Source: an uncultured Planctomycetota bacterium (GTDB lineage: Bacteria > Planctomycetota > Planctomycetia > Isosphaerales > Isosphaeraceae). Taken from it: a DNA stretch of 64,000 nt. The notes under the pieces were generated by a model. It worked only from the letters and a program-made list of their open reading frames with translations, ran no database searches and was not told the origin of the DNA. The position numbers were made by a program, and so were the translations under genes. Below are positions 54,593 to 64,000 of this stretch, piece by piece (the first letter of the stretch is position 1; every line of letters starts with the position of its first letter). The stretch spans positions 192,001-256,000 of the forward strand of contig CAWJTV010000005.1 of NCBI GenBank assembly GCA_963845755.1. The letters are read 5' to 3'.

Positions 54593-55126
54593 ATGATCGA
54601 TGTCGAAGTCACTGAACGCTTTATGTCCGCGCCCTGGCTGCAGGAAGTCGATCCGGACACCAAGATGACGATCCTGGGCGCCCTGGTCGAGGCGCGGGCG
54701 CCGGACGGAGCGACCTTGCTCGAACAGGATCAACCCAACGATCACCTCTCGTTCCTGATCGAAGGGAGTGCCCGGATCGAGCGATCCTTCGGCAACGGCC
54801 GTCGTGAGATCATCACGACAATCGCGGCTCCCTCGGTTTTCGGTACGACATCATTCTTCAGGCCGGAACCTCCGGCCGTTGCCGTCCGCGCCACGTCTGA
54901 TGTCTGGATGCTCTCGTTGTATCATCCCGCTCATGAGGCACTGCGTGTCGCGAATCCCCGGGCCGCCGAGGCGCTGGCACTGGCGGTCCTCCGCGCGTTG
55001 TCCGAGCGGTTCGATCTGATGGACAGGCTCTTTTCCGAGTACATGGCCCGTCATCCCCACGAATCCTCGAGGATGTCCGAATGGGCGGGGTTCCGCTCCC
55101 GGCTCTTCGATGAGAGCGGAGTGTAG
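54593..55126 (+). CDS. Cyclic-nucleotide-binding (Crp-like) domain protein without an obvious HTH
   Basis: GATLLEQDQPNDHLSFLIEG.A.I, PSVFG..SF, AVAVRATSD. Confidence 0.75.
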   Translation: MIDVEVTERFMSAPWLQEVDPDTKMTILGALVEARAPDGATLLEQDQPNDHLSFLIEGSARIERSFGNGRREIITTIAAPSVFGTTSFFRPEPPAVAVRATSDVWMLSLYHPAHEALRVANPRAAEALALAVLRALSERFDLMDRLFSEYMARHPHESSRMSEWAGFRSRLFDESGV

Positions 55127-55192
55127 AGCGGTTGGTTCTCGACGAACACCCCACCCCAAGCACCTGGCCAGGATTATCCTGCACTGGGTCCC

Positions 55193-55258
55193 AGGCGAGC
55201 GGGGGCGTCAGCCCCCTATCAGGTCGATCGGACAGGGGGCTGACGCCCCCGCTCGCCT
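55193..55258. repeat. REP-like perfect 25-bp inverted repeat
   Basis: aggcgagcgggggcgtcagccccct (55193-55217) / agggggctgacgcccccgctcgcct (55234-55258). Confidence 0.85.
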
Positions 55259-55798
55259 CTCGGAACCGCCTCCGAACCCCAAAGTGTGCAAGGAATCCAC
55301 GGCCGGCTGCTTAGACGAGGCGCGATGCCTTTTCCGGGGCGGGCGAGGTGCCGGGCCAACCGGCAGCGATGGCGCATGGCCTCGCTTCCGAGGAACGGAT
55401 CCACTTTGTCCCTCGTGATGGATAATCCGGACTGACCAACCTTTCGGAACGGCACCGATCGTCTCGGGAGTTGACTCTCGCGAAATTGCATCGGACAATG
55501 ACGCTGGGGATTGCGAGTTGACCTTCAGCAACTTTGCGCACCAACCGGATTCTTCGCGGACGACGCGGGGGCGGGATCGTTGCACCACTCGGAGCCATCG
55601 TTTTGGCGAACGAGCCCCGTCAAGTAGCAATTCTGTCTAGGAACGCGATGCGGAGCGATTCCCACCTGGTTGCCAGCGTGGGACGACGGGCCTTTCAGAG
55701 GAAGGGCAAGCTTCACGCGCTCCAGCCGGTCCCGATTCTCGTCAGGGCCAGCTCGGGCTGTCGCATCCTGCACCCCTACCGGCGAGATCGCTAACTCC

Positions 55799-56788
55799 AT
55801 GAATACAACACCGTTAACAACGGTCCTCCACCGCAGACCGCGTGCGTTCGATGAACTCCTGGCGACGGTGAGAGACTGCGGACCGCATGGACACCTCGTG
55901 GACGTCCGCGAGTCGCTCCGCTACCTCCTGAGCCCGACTCGTCCGCTCGTGATGCTCTGCCCCCACGCCGACGACGGCGCGATCACTGCGGCCTGCCTGC
56001 TCCATGAGTACGCTGTCCGGCGCGGTCTGCCCGTCATCGAGGTGCTGGTCTTTGCCGGAGAACGGAATGTGGCCGCACCCTGGCTCAATGATGAGAAGAA
56101 GGTCACCGTGCGCGAGGGGGAGTTCCGGCTGGAATGCAATGTCCTCGGTGCGGAAGGGATCTGCTGGAACCTGGAAGGCTACAATCGGCCCGGATACCAG
56201 CCGACCGACTCGGACATTGGCAAAGTCGTCAACTGGTTCATCAAGCGACGCCCCGGCGCGGTGATCGTCCCGCCGGCCAACGACGCCCATGTGGCCCATC
56301 GCGTGACCCGCGCCCTGGCCGCCATCGGCTTGGTGGGCGCCGAGCTGTCCGATACCCTGGTGCTCAGCGGCTGGACTCCCTGGGGCCCACTACCTCAGCC
56401 CAATGCCTATTTTACGTATGATGGTGAAGCCGAACGCACCAAGGAGTGGGCCATTCATTGCCATGCCTCGCAAGTCCTCTTGACCGATTACACGCAGTAC
56501 TGCTCCCACCTCGGACGCGCCTACGCCGCACTGACGCGCGAGTGGGCCGAGGGGCACAGCCTGGCCGGCCGGGCGCACCGGACGGACGATCGGTTCGTGG
56601 GTGTTGAGCTCTTCCAGATCGAATCGTACGATTCCTCGCGGTGCAATGCTTATCCTCCCGACCCGATCCAGCTCGCACTCGGCCTTTTGTGCGGTAAGAT
56701 CGCCGCGGATCCCGACGACCGCGCGGAGCACGACACCGGCCTTGAGCCGATCTCGTCCGTCAAGCCGCCCGCCGTTGCACCCTACTGA
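55799..56788 (+). CDS. PIG-L/LmbE family deacetylase-like protein
   Basis: MLCPHADDG, REGEF, DAHVAHR, KEWAIHCHASQ, VELF. Confidence 0.8.
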   Translation: MNTTPLTTVLHRRPRAFDELLATVRDCGPHGHLVDVRESLRYLLSPTRPLVMLCPHADDGAITAACLLHEYAVRRGLPVIEVLVFAGERNVAAPWLNDEKKVTVREGEFRLECNVLGAEGICWNLEGYNRPGYQPTDSDIGKVVNWFIKRRPGAVIVPPANDAHVAHRVTRALAAIGLVGAELSDTLVLSGWTPWGPLPQPNAYFTYDGEAERTKEWAIHCHASQVLLTDYTQYCSHLGRAYAALTREWAEGHSLAGRAHRTDDRFVGVELFQIESYDSSRCNAYPPDPIQLALGLLCGKIAADPDDRAEHDTGLEPISSVKPPAVAPY

Positions 56789-56823
56789 CCCGCCGCCCGA
56801 GCCGATCGAGGAGCCTCGTGCCG

Positions 56824-57639
56824 ATGCTAGTTCAGGCTCGTCCTCTGCAAGTCTCCGGCATGGCCGTCCTGATCTGGCCCGATGCGGAACGGGCTTGCCT
56901 GATGGCGGCCGAGTCCATCGCCAGGACCGTGCAAGAGGCCGTGACCGCGCGTGGACGTGCGGTCGTGGGGCTGGCTACGGGTTCGACACCCGAGCGGGTC
57001 TATGCTCATTTGGTGGATCAATACAGATCGGGCAACCTTTCCTTCCGCAGCGTGACAACGTACAACCTGGACGAGTATTACCCGATCAGCCCCCTCGACC
57101 CCAACAGCTATCGGGCCTACATGCATCAGCACCTTTTTGGCCGGGTGGATCTTGCTCCAAACCGCGGCCACATGCTCGACGGGACTGTGCCGGAGGCGTT
57201 CGCGGCCGCCCATGCCGCGGATTACGACCGATGGATCGAGGCGGACGGTGGATTGGATCTGCAACTCCTGGGCATCGGCCGGAACGGACACATCGGATTC
57301 AACGAGCCGAGTGATCTCAGCGTTGCCGAGGCACTCCGGCTCCCCACCCGAATGGTCGAGCTGCACCCGGTCACCCGCGTGGACGCGGCTCGGGACTTCG
57401 GCGGAGTGGAACGGGTCATTCCCCGCGCCCTGACCATGGGTATCGCCCCGATCCTGGCCTCACGCACGATCCTGATCGTGGCCACCGGTGCGCACAAGGC
57501 CGAGCCTGTCGCCGACGCCCTGACCGGCCCGATCACTGCGACCCTCCCCGCCTCGCTCCTTCAAACGGTCGCCGCCAAGGTCACCTGGCTGCTCGACGAG
57601 CCTGCGGCTCGCGGGCTCGGTGATCGGCAGGCGAAGTGA
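56824..57639 (+). CDS. nagB: Glucosamine-6-phosphate deaminase
   Basis: GLATGSTP, YNLDEY, GGLDLQLLGIGRNGHIGFNEP, ALTMG, PASLLQ. Confidence 0.95.
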   Translation: MLVQARPLQVSGMAVLIWPDAERACLMAAESIARTVQEAVTARGRAVVGLATGSTPERVYAHLVDQYRSGNLSFRSVTTYNLDEYYPISPLDPNSYRAYMHQHLFGRVDLAPNRGHMLDGTVPEAFAAAHAADYDRWIEADGGLDLQLLGIGRNGHIGFNEPSDLSVAEALRLPTRMVELHPVTRVDAARDFGGVERVIPRALTMGIAPILASRTILIVATGAHKAEPVADALTGPITATLPASLLQTVAAKVTWLLDEPAARGLGDRQAK

Positions 57640-58014
57640 GCAGTCGATCCCCATTTCTGTCCGACCTGACGCGGCCATTCAAGAGCGCGCACGGGGCAGG
57701 GATCTGCGCGAAGAAATCACTGACGCGGCCCTTGGCCGCGACTCAGGAGGCATTCCCGATTCGCGATTCAGGATTCCACAAGTACAGAATCGTCTCCCCG
57801 AATGGAATCGGAAATCGGGAATTCGGAATCCAGGGATCCCCCAGATGCGCGCATTGCGCAGGCATCGTACGGAGAAAGACTTCTGACGGCCCGTCGGCCA
57901 CTGAGCTTGATTCGGCGGCCCCTGTCTGATCGAATGATTTGGCCAGGGTCGCCGGAGAATCCAGGGTTCGACCGGGACCGGCATCTCCAACCATAATGTT
58001 CTGAGGTCAGGCGG

Positions 58015-59162
58015 ATGATTGTCGGGGTGCCGCGGGAGATCAAATCGGACGAGTATCGCGTGGCGATGCTGCCGGTCGGCGTGGAGGAATTGAGCCAGGC
58101 TGGTCATCGGGTCCTCGTCGAGGCCGGCGCCGGTCAGGGTAGCGGTATCGCCGACGGACAGTATGAAGCGGCTGGCGGTTCGATCGTGGCAGAGGCCGGC
58201 GAGATTTGGGCCGAGGCCGAGCTGGTGGTGAAAGTCAAGGAGCCTCAGGAGTCGGAGTGGCTCGCCTTGCGGCCCGGTCAGACGGTGTTCACTTACTTTC
58301 ATTTCGCCGCCGACGAACGGTTGACGAGGGCGATCCTCGACAGCGGGGTCACGGCGATCGCTTACGAGACGCTCCGCGACGCGCGTGGGGGCCTACCGCT
58401 ACTGACGCCGATGAGCGAGGTTGCCGGGCGGATGAGTATCCAGGAAGGAGCGAAATACCTGGAGCGCCCCCAAGAGGGCGCGGGATCTTGCTCTCCGGCG
58501 TGCCGGGAGTCGCACCGGCTGACATCGTCATCGTGGGCGGCGGCGTCGTCGGCTCGAATGCGGCCAAGGTCGCCGCCGGACTGGGTGCCAACGTCCGGAT
58601 CCTCGACATCAATCACGACCGTTTGCGATACCTCGATGATATCATGCCCCCGAACGTCACAACGCTCTATTCGGACCGGCACACGATACTCGAGTCGATC
58701 GAACGGGCCGACCTCGTCATCGGCGCTGTCTTGATCACCGGGGCACGTGCACCCCACCTCCTACGCCTCGAGGACCTGGGGCGGATGAAGAACGGGGCCG
58801 TGATCGTGGATGTTGCCATCGATCAAGGGGGATGTGTGGCGACCAGCCGTCCCACGACCCACCGCCAGCCCACCTATGTGGTCGAGGGCGTGGTTCATTA
58901 CTGCGTTACGAACATGCCCGGCGCAGTCGGGCGCACCAGCACTTATGCCCTGTGCAACGTCACATTGACTTATGTCCTTCAACTGGCCAAGCTGGGCTGG
59001 CAGGGTCTGGCCGCGGCCGATCCCGGCGTCGCTGAAGGCGTGAACATCTCCCGCGGGCGGGTGACGAATCGGGCCGTCGCCCAGACGTTTGGACTGCCCC
59101 TTCACCCGCTCGACGCCAAGCTGGCCAGCGTGTCCATCACCGCGCCGGCGGCACCGTCCTGA
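58015..59162 (+). CDS. ald: Alanine dehydrogenase (frameshift near 58478)
   Basis: IVGVPREIK..EYRV, KVKEP, FTYFHFAA, LPLLTPMSEVAGR, GGGVVG, DVAIDQGGC, HYCVTNMPGAV. Confidence 0.96.
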
Positions 59163-59304
59163 TCGAGAAACCAACCTCACCGCGCGCCGGATTCCTACCT
59201 CGTTTGCGGAACCCGGCCGCGCAGGTCCAGAACGGGCGTGGCCACCCCCGAACTCCGGGATCCGCCACGCGAAACACTCCTCGCTCATCCCAAGGACACC
59301 TCCC

Positions 59305-59637
59305 ATGGACCCAAACGACTTTGACGAAGACCAGGGCCACAACGATCATCATGATCACAACCACGGCCATGAGCACGAACACGAAGCGGAGGAAGTTCTC
59401 GAGCAAGCCCTCGAGCTCGATACGCAAAGCCAGATCTTCCTGGAGATGCGTTGACAGAATCTCGACCTGCTCCGACTGGCCACCGAGGTCGCGGGATTCG
59501 GCGAACACCATCCGGTTCTGAAAGCGGATGACCTCAAGAGCGCCCTGGGGACCATCTGGGAGGTCTTCTCCGAGTTCTATACCTGGATCGATCCCGAAGA
59601 GGCGGAGGACGACGATGACGAGGATCTTGAAGATTAG
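59305..59637 (+). CDS. Small acidic His-rich protein with an in-frame TGA at 59452-59454 (probably CGA)
   Basis: MDPNDFDEDQGHNDHHDHNHGHEHEHE..FLEMR*QNLDLLRLATEVAGF..IWEVFSEFYTWIDPEEAEDDDDEDLED; protein-like on both sides of the stop. Confidence 0.65.
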
Positions 59638-60111
59638 GGCGCTTCACCGTTGATTTGCGCCACTCCGCCGGCGCTGTCTGCCATATCCATGCGACGCGCC
59701 AGCGAGGGCGAGTGGTCGGAGGAACTTCGCTAATCCGTCGCGTTGGTTGGATTCGTGCGCAACCCGAGTCTGAAGTGCAGCAGCGATCGGCGATGCACTT
59801 GAGATTCGGAAAGGATCGAAAGGTCGTCCTGGTCGCGACTCTGGCCGCAGCGAGTGAATCGGGTGCTTCGTGAGCGATGGGACGGTGTTCCGACGACGTC
59901 GCCCGGTTGGTGGCCGTCACGATTCAACGAGCGTCTTGTTGAAGGTTTCCTCAAAAGCTGCCTGACCCATCCTCGCCTCTGACTCTCCATTTTGTCTTTC
60001 GATTTTCTATCGAATCCGGGTTGCGGACGTCCTGAAGGATTTACTAAGCTATTAATTCGAGGGTGGATTGGAGCACGCGGTCGTCCCGGCTACTTGGTTA
60101 CGATCGACATT

Positions 60112-60879
60112 ATGAGCCCGCAACGCGAGGTGACGGGTTATCCGGCGGAACCTGTCACGCGAGGAACACTGCGACAGCAGGTGACCTCGCGGCTGATGAC
60201 GGGGATCTTTCTCGGTCACTTCCGATCGGGCCAGCGTCTCGTCGTGCAGAATCTGTCGGAATATTATCAGGCGAGCCCCACTCCGGTGCGCGAGGCGCTG
60301 GTGGAGCTGGCGAGCTTCGGTTTGGTCGAGCTGATGCCGAACCGCGGCGCCGTCGTGCAACCGTTCGGTCCTCAGGAGATCCGCGAGATCAGCCAGGTCC
60401 GGCGATTGTTGGAGGCGGAGGCGACCCGATGCGCATGTGGGCGTCTGCCATCCGCCGACCTGTCGGCCGTGGAAGAGCAATTACGACGACTGGAGGTGCT
60501 GCCCCGAGACCAAGCATGGGACCAGAGTGCTCGGGCCGTCGACACCCAACTTCACGGCCTGATCGCCGATCATTGCGGGAGCCGACGACTGGCGGCCGAG
60601 ATCGGCCGCTACCTCCTCTTGTTCCGGGCCCTACGCGACGTTTCCCACCAGCGCGATGCCTGGACCAACTACTCCCGTTCTAATGACGTTCCGGAACATT
60701 TGGCGATCGTCTTGCCGCTCGGGCAGTGCGACCCCGATGCGGCCGTCCTGGCGATGGAGCGCCATGTCCGATCGGCCGCGATGACGCTGGAGGAAATCAT
60801 CTTCTCCGGCTCTGTCCAACCCGACGGCGATCCACAATCGAAGAAATCGCCAGAGTCACCCCGGAGTGCTACAGAATGA
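60112..60879 (+). CDS. GntR family transcriptional regulator (FCD type)
   Basis: G.FRSGQRL, SPTPVREAL..L...GLV...PNRGA.V, VRRLLE, D.QLH.LI, EH..I. Confidence 0.9.
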   Translation: MSPQREVTGYPAEPVTRGTLRQQVTSRLMTGIFLGHFRSGQRLVVQNLSEYYQASPTPVREALVELASFGLVELMPNRGAVVQPFGPQEIREISQVRRLLEAEATRCACGRLPSADLSAVEEQLRRLEVLPRDQAWDQSARAVDTQLHGLIADHCGSRRLAAEIGRYLLLFRALRDVSHQRDAWTNYSRSNDVPEHLAIVLPLGQCDPDAAVLAMERHVRSAAMTLEEIIFSGSVQPDGDPQSKKSPESPRSATE

Positions 60880-61124
60880 CCGGGTGCCCCCCGAATTCGT
60901 GAGGAGAGGTCGTGTCCGCCTTGTGTGCCAGCCCGGTCGATCCGAATCGATTCCTCTGTGAGCTTGACGATGGCGTCGGCCCGTACGATGGTCGTCGCCT
61001 GGCGTGAGGTCCATCGGAGTCCTCCAGCCGCTGGACCAGTGATTCTCCAACCTTTGTCCGCGCGTTCCCACGAAACTCCCATTACCATTCTTCATCCTCG
61101 GTACCCCGAGAGGGGGTCGTCTCC

Positions 61125-62252
61125 ATGCGTAATCGTCGTGCGTTCACTCTGATCGAGCTCCTCGTCGTGATCGCCATCATCGCGGTCCTCATCGCCTTGT
61201 TATTACCCGCGGTCCAGGCCGCTCGCGAGGCGGCCCGCCGGGCACAGTGCACCAACAATCTCAAGCAGTTGGGCTTGGCCGTCCATAACTATCATCAGGT
61301 CAACAACGCGTTTCCGCCGCTCTTCGGCAACTTCGGGAACCCCAGTCCTCCGAGTGGTCCCAGTTCTCCCCTCGGAGAATGGCCACTTGGCTGGGGCGTG
61401 GCCATCTTGCCGTTCATCGAACAGCAACCCATGTTCAACGCGTCGAACTACTCCGGTGGCGCCACGAGCGTGCTGAACCAGTCCACGGTGAGCTCCATGA
61501 AGATCTCGGCCTATGTCTGCCCATCGGAGAGCGTCAAGGTCGGGCCGTGGATCGGCCAGACGTGGATCAATTATCATGCGAACATCGGCGGTCCGGAATG
61601 CATCTCAGCCTGGACAGGTCCCATCGTCCCCTTCCTGGGCGATCCCAGCACATTCCCGGGCATTTCCAACGTCTATCCCTATGGCGTCGGGAATCTCGGC
61701 GCAATTGGCATGGAGTCGGTCACGGACGGCACGAGCAACTCGGCCCTGTTCAGCGAGGCCCTGATGGGCTACAACGGCAATATCACGATCTTGCCGGGCC
61801 AGATTCCCAACTCCTGGCGGGTCGCCTACCCGACGAGTTTCACGACGGACGTCACCGGGTCCCCTTCAACTCCACCGGGTACCGGCGGCTACGCCATGGC
61901 CCTGGCGTTCCTCAAGACCTGTCAGTCCATCCCCGGAACGACCGTACCCACGTTCCCGACCCAATGGTCGGGGGCCTGCTGGAACGGCAGTCATGCCGGA
62001 ACCTTGCACTTCAACGCGTACAACCACTGGAATACGCCCAACCAGCTCTCGTGCGTCGCCGGGAATTCGTGGGGCGGGGCCCCGGGCGGGTTCAACGACA
62101 TCATCACGGCGAATAGTGCCCATCCCGGCGGTGTGAATGTGTGCTTCCTTGACGGCTCGGTCCATTTCCTCAAGAACAGTATCACGCCCAATATCTGGTG
62201 GGCGATCGGCAGCCGGAACCAAGGGGAGACCATCAGCTCCGATTCGTATTGA
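61125..62252 (+). CDS. DUF1559 family prepilin-type protein
   Basis: [46 protein letters not shown]. Confidence 0.95.
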   Translation: MRNRRAFTLIELLVVIAIIAVLIALLLPAVQAAREAARRAQCTNNLKQLGLAVHNYHQVNNAFPPLFGNFGNPSPPSGPSSPLGEWPLGWGVAILPFIEQQPMFNASNYSGGATSVLNQSTVSSMKISAYVCPSESVKVGPWIGQTWINYHANIGGPECISAWTGPIVPFLGDPSTFPGISNVYPYGVGNLGAIGMESVTDGTSNSALFSEALMGYNGNITILPGQIPNSWRVAYPTSFTTDVTGSPSTPPGTGGYAMALAFLKTCQSIPGTTVPTFPTQWSGACWNGSHAGTLHFNAYNHWNTPNQLSCVAGNSWGGAPGGFNDIITANSAHPGGVNVCFLDGSVHFLKNSITPNIWWAIGSRNQGETISSDSY

Positions 62253-62260
62253 TTGCTCCC

Positions 62261-62298
62261 GCCCGCGCCCCCTACCGAGGGCGCGGGCCTCCTTTTCT
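62261..62298 (+). terminator. Putative hairpin/terminator after DUF1559 gene
   Basis: gcccgcgccc ... gggcgcgggc stem followed by ctccttttct. Confidence 0.55.
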
Positions 62299-62432
62299 CG
62301 CCCATTACGTTGACTGACTCGAAACCGACGGCTGCGAGAGGCAGGCGTTTGTCCTCGGGCTCGCCGGGTGGATGGACGATCCATCACCCCGCTATGCACC
62401 TTTCTTACTGGATCCGGATGGAGGCGATTTCC

Positions 62433-62636
62433 ATGAAGCGATTCCGATTTGTCGTGTTCACCGCATTCCTGGCAGGAATCCTCTCCGGTTGCGGCGAAGA
62501 CCAGCCGAATCAACCGGCCAAACCCTCGGATCTCGGGGCGGATTTTGGAAACAGCGCCCAGGATCAGATGAAGGCCGCCAATGCCGGGATGGACCTCAAG
62601 GCGCAAAAAGCCCGGCGAAATGAAGCGGCACGGTGA
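62433..62636 (+). CDS. Small lipoprotein associated with DUF1559 gene
   Basis: MKRFRFVVFTAFLAGILSGCGED lipobox; GGAGG RBS. Confidence 0.75.
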   Translation: MKRFRFVVFTAFLAGILSGCGEDQPNQPAKPSDLGADFGNSAQDQMKAANAGMDLKAQKARRNEAAR

Positions 62637-62757
62637 CGGGCCGACTCGGGTCATTCCGCTCGTCTTCGGCCGACGCGTGGGTGACGGAGAACGAGCGTTT
62701 GGGGATCGCGTCGTCGTGCATGCAACGACCGGGCATCAAGTACCTACCACTCGTCCC

Positions 62758-64000
62758 GTGACCTCGAGCACTCCATCGAGCCGGCGTTGGCCGATGTTGA
62801 TCTGCCTGGGCATTACGGTCGGCCTGCTGGGCTGGGGCGGATGGTTCGTCTTCCGGGAACAACGATTCGCCTCCCGGCTGACGCAGGTCCGGCGGCTGAT
62901 GGACGCCGACCGTTTCCAAGAGGCGCGGCCCTTGCTCATCAGCCTGTTGTCTCGAGGGGCTAACGGCGCCGAAGTTGCCTATCGTCTAGGAGTTTGTGCT
63001 CACGCTGGCGGGGACATCCCGGCGGCGTTGGCGGCCTGGTCGCGCGTCGCCCCTCGGACCGAGTGGAGCGTACGTGCCGGGCTGGCTCGTGCCCGGACGC
63101 TCGTCGGCGATCTGGGTCGCTTCCGCGAGGCCGAAGAGGTCCTCGAAGGCTTGCGTCTCCAGGGTGGCCGTTCGCGCGATGAAGTCCGCCACACGCTGGC
63201 CGAGCTGCTCTTCTGGGAAGGGCGTCGCGATGAGGTCTGCCGTCTCATCGAGCAGGACTGGCCGGACGTGACGGATCCGATCATCGAGCTGCGCGATCAT
63301 TGGCGTGCTACGAGTTCGCCGACCTTGATCGAACAGGTTCGATGGGAGGTCGACCAGGCCGGTCAGCGGGCGCCGGACGACGATCGCGTCTGGTTGGCGA
63401 AAGCCAGCCTCGCCATGCAAACCGGCCGGATGGATGAAGCGGCCTCCTGGCTGGACCGTTGTTTGCAACGGTTCCCGGAGGATTCCGCTGTCTGGCGCGC
63501 ACGACTCGCGCACGCGCGGAGCGTCGGCAACGTGGCCGAAGCGCGACGCGCGCTGGCTCATCTTGCGGCCGACGGATTCACCGAGGCGGAACAACTCTCG
63601 CTCCGCGCGTGGCTCGCATCGCGGCGGGGAGACTCCGCGTCGGAATACCGCACTCTGGAACACCTCATCGCGATTGTGCCCGGTGAGACAGAAGCTCTCG
63701 AACGGCTGGCGTCGCTGGACTGGGAATCCGGTCAGCAGGATCGCGCCCGGGAGTACCGCCGCCGCAAGGCTCAACACGATGCCGCCAAGGATCGTTATCG
63801 GCTCTTGCTGGATGGCACGATCACCCCGGAACTGTTCGTCAACCTTGGAAGTCTGGCCGAATCCTTGGGCCGCCGGTTCGAAGCCAAGGGGTGGTGGATG
63901 CTCCGGGCTCGTTTCGCGCCGTCGGATCGTTCCGCCGAGGAGGCCCGGACCCGGGTCAAGGAGCCAGCCATCCCGCGGACCTCGTCGCGCGATCTCACCC
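62758..64000 (+). CDS. Membrane-anchored TPR protein, runs off window (possibly a TPR-FG-GAP/ASPIC protein)
   Basis: Hand translation from GTG 62758: TM RRWPMLICLGITVGLLGWGGW, AEVAYRLGVC, APDDDRVWLAKASLA, LGRRFEA.GW. Similar to 15812-17160. Confidence 0.75.
   Translation, partial: MTSSTPSSRRWPMLICLGITVGLLGWGGWFVFREQRFASRLTQVRRLMDADRFQEARPLLISLLSRGANGAEVAYRLGVCAHAGGDIPAALAAWSRVAPRTEWSVRAGLARARTLVGDLGRFREAEEVLEGLRLQGGRSRDEVRHTLAELLFWEGRRDEVCRLIEQDWPDVTDPIIELRDHWRATSSPTLIEQVRWEVDQAGQRAPDDDRVWLAKASLAMQTGRMDEAASWLDRCLQRFPEDSAVWRARLAHARSVGNVAEARRALAHLAADGFTEAEQLSLRAWLASRRGDSASEYRTLEHLIAIVPGETEALERLASLDWESGQQDRAREYRRRKAQHDAAKDRYRLLLDGTITPELFVNLGSLAESLGRRFEAKGWWMLRARFAPSDRSAEEARTRVKEPAIPRTSSRDLT

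Noticed and set aside
59452..59454. Selenocysteine or stop-codon readthrough
   Set aside because: No redox-type context and no evident SECIS hairpin. A single C-to-T in GTCGAC explains it.

Overview
GC-rich bacterial chromosomal DNA, almost certainly from a planctomycete (Isosphaeraceae-like). The evidence is two DUF1559 pilin-like genes, planctomycete-type ECF sigma factors with Ser/Thr kinases, an LExRxLL-motif protein, sulfatase-like genes and GC-rich REP palindromes. Many otherwise intact genes (uvrB, cysH, sat/cysC, ald, pepP, pepN, ECFs) carry single-base frameshifts. This looks like an uncorrected long-read assembly, so I joined reading frames by eye and many boundaries are approximate. 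Housekeeping content includes uvrB, glgC, leuCD, cysH-rrf2-sat/cysC, nagB, ald, a class IV aminotransferase, an ABC-2 exporter, two aminopeptidases and an ApbE-DUF2271/PepSY flavinylation pair. The best candidate for an undescribed system is the accessory two-gene operon at 4570-10754. It encodes a DUF4062-NTPase(STAND/NLR)-repeat sensor followed by a caspase/alpha-beta-hydrolase fusion. The two proteins share a 22-aa motif (13/22 identical, RHIM/BASS-amyloid-like) placed just before the NTPase and just after the caspase, the layout expected for prion-like homotypic signalling. Other notable items: a His-containing decapeptide-repeat protein between an ECF sigma and its kinase, an HNH-like/antitoxin chimera with a truncated VapC, and recurrent substitutions at GTCGAC sites suggesting a DNA methylation footprint. 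No rRNA, tRNA, CRISPR array or transposase was seen. No database searches were run; family names come from motif recognition.
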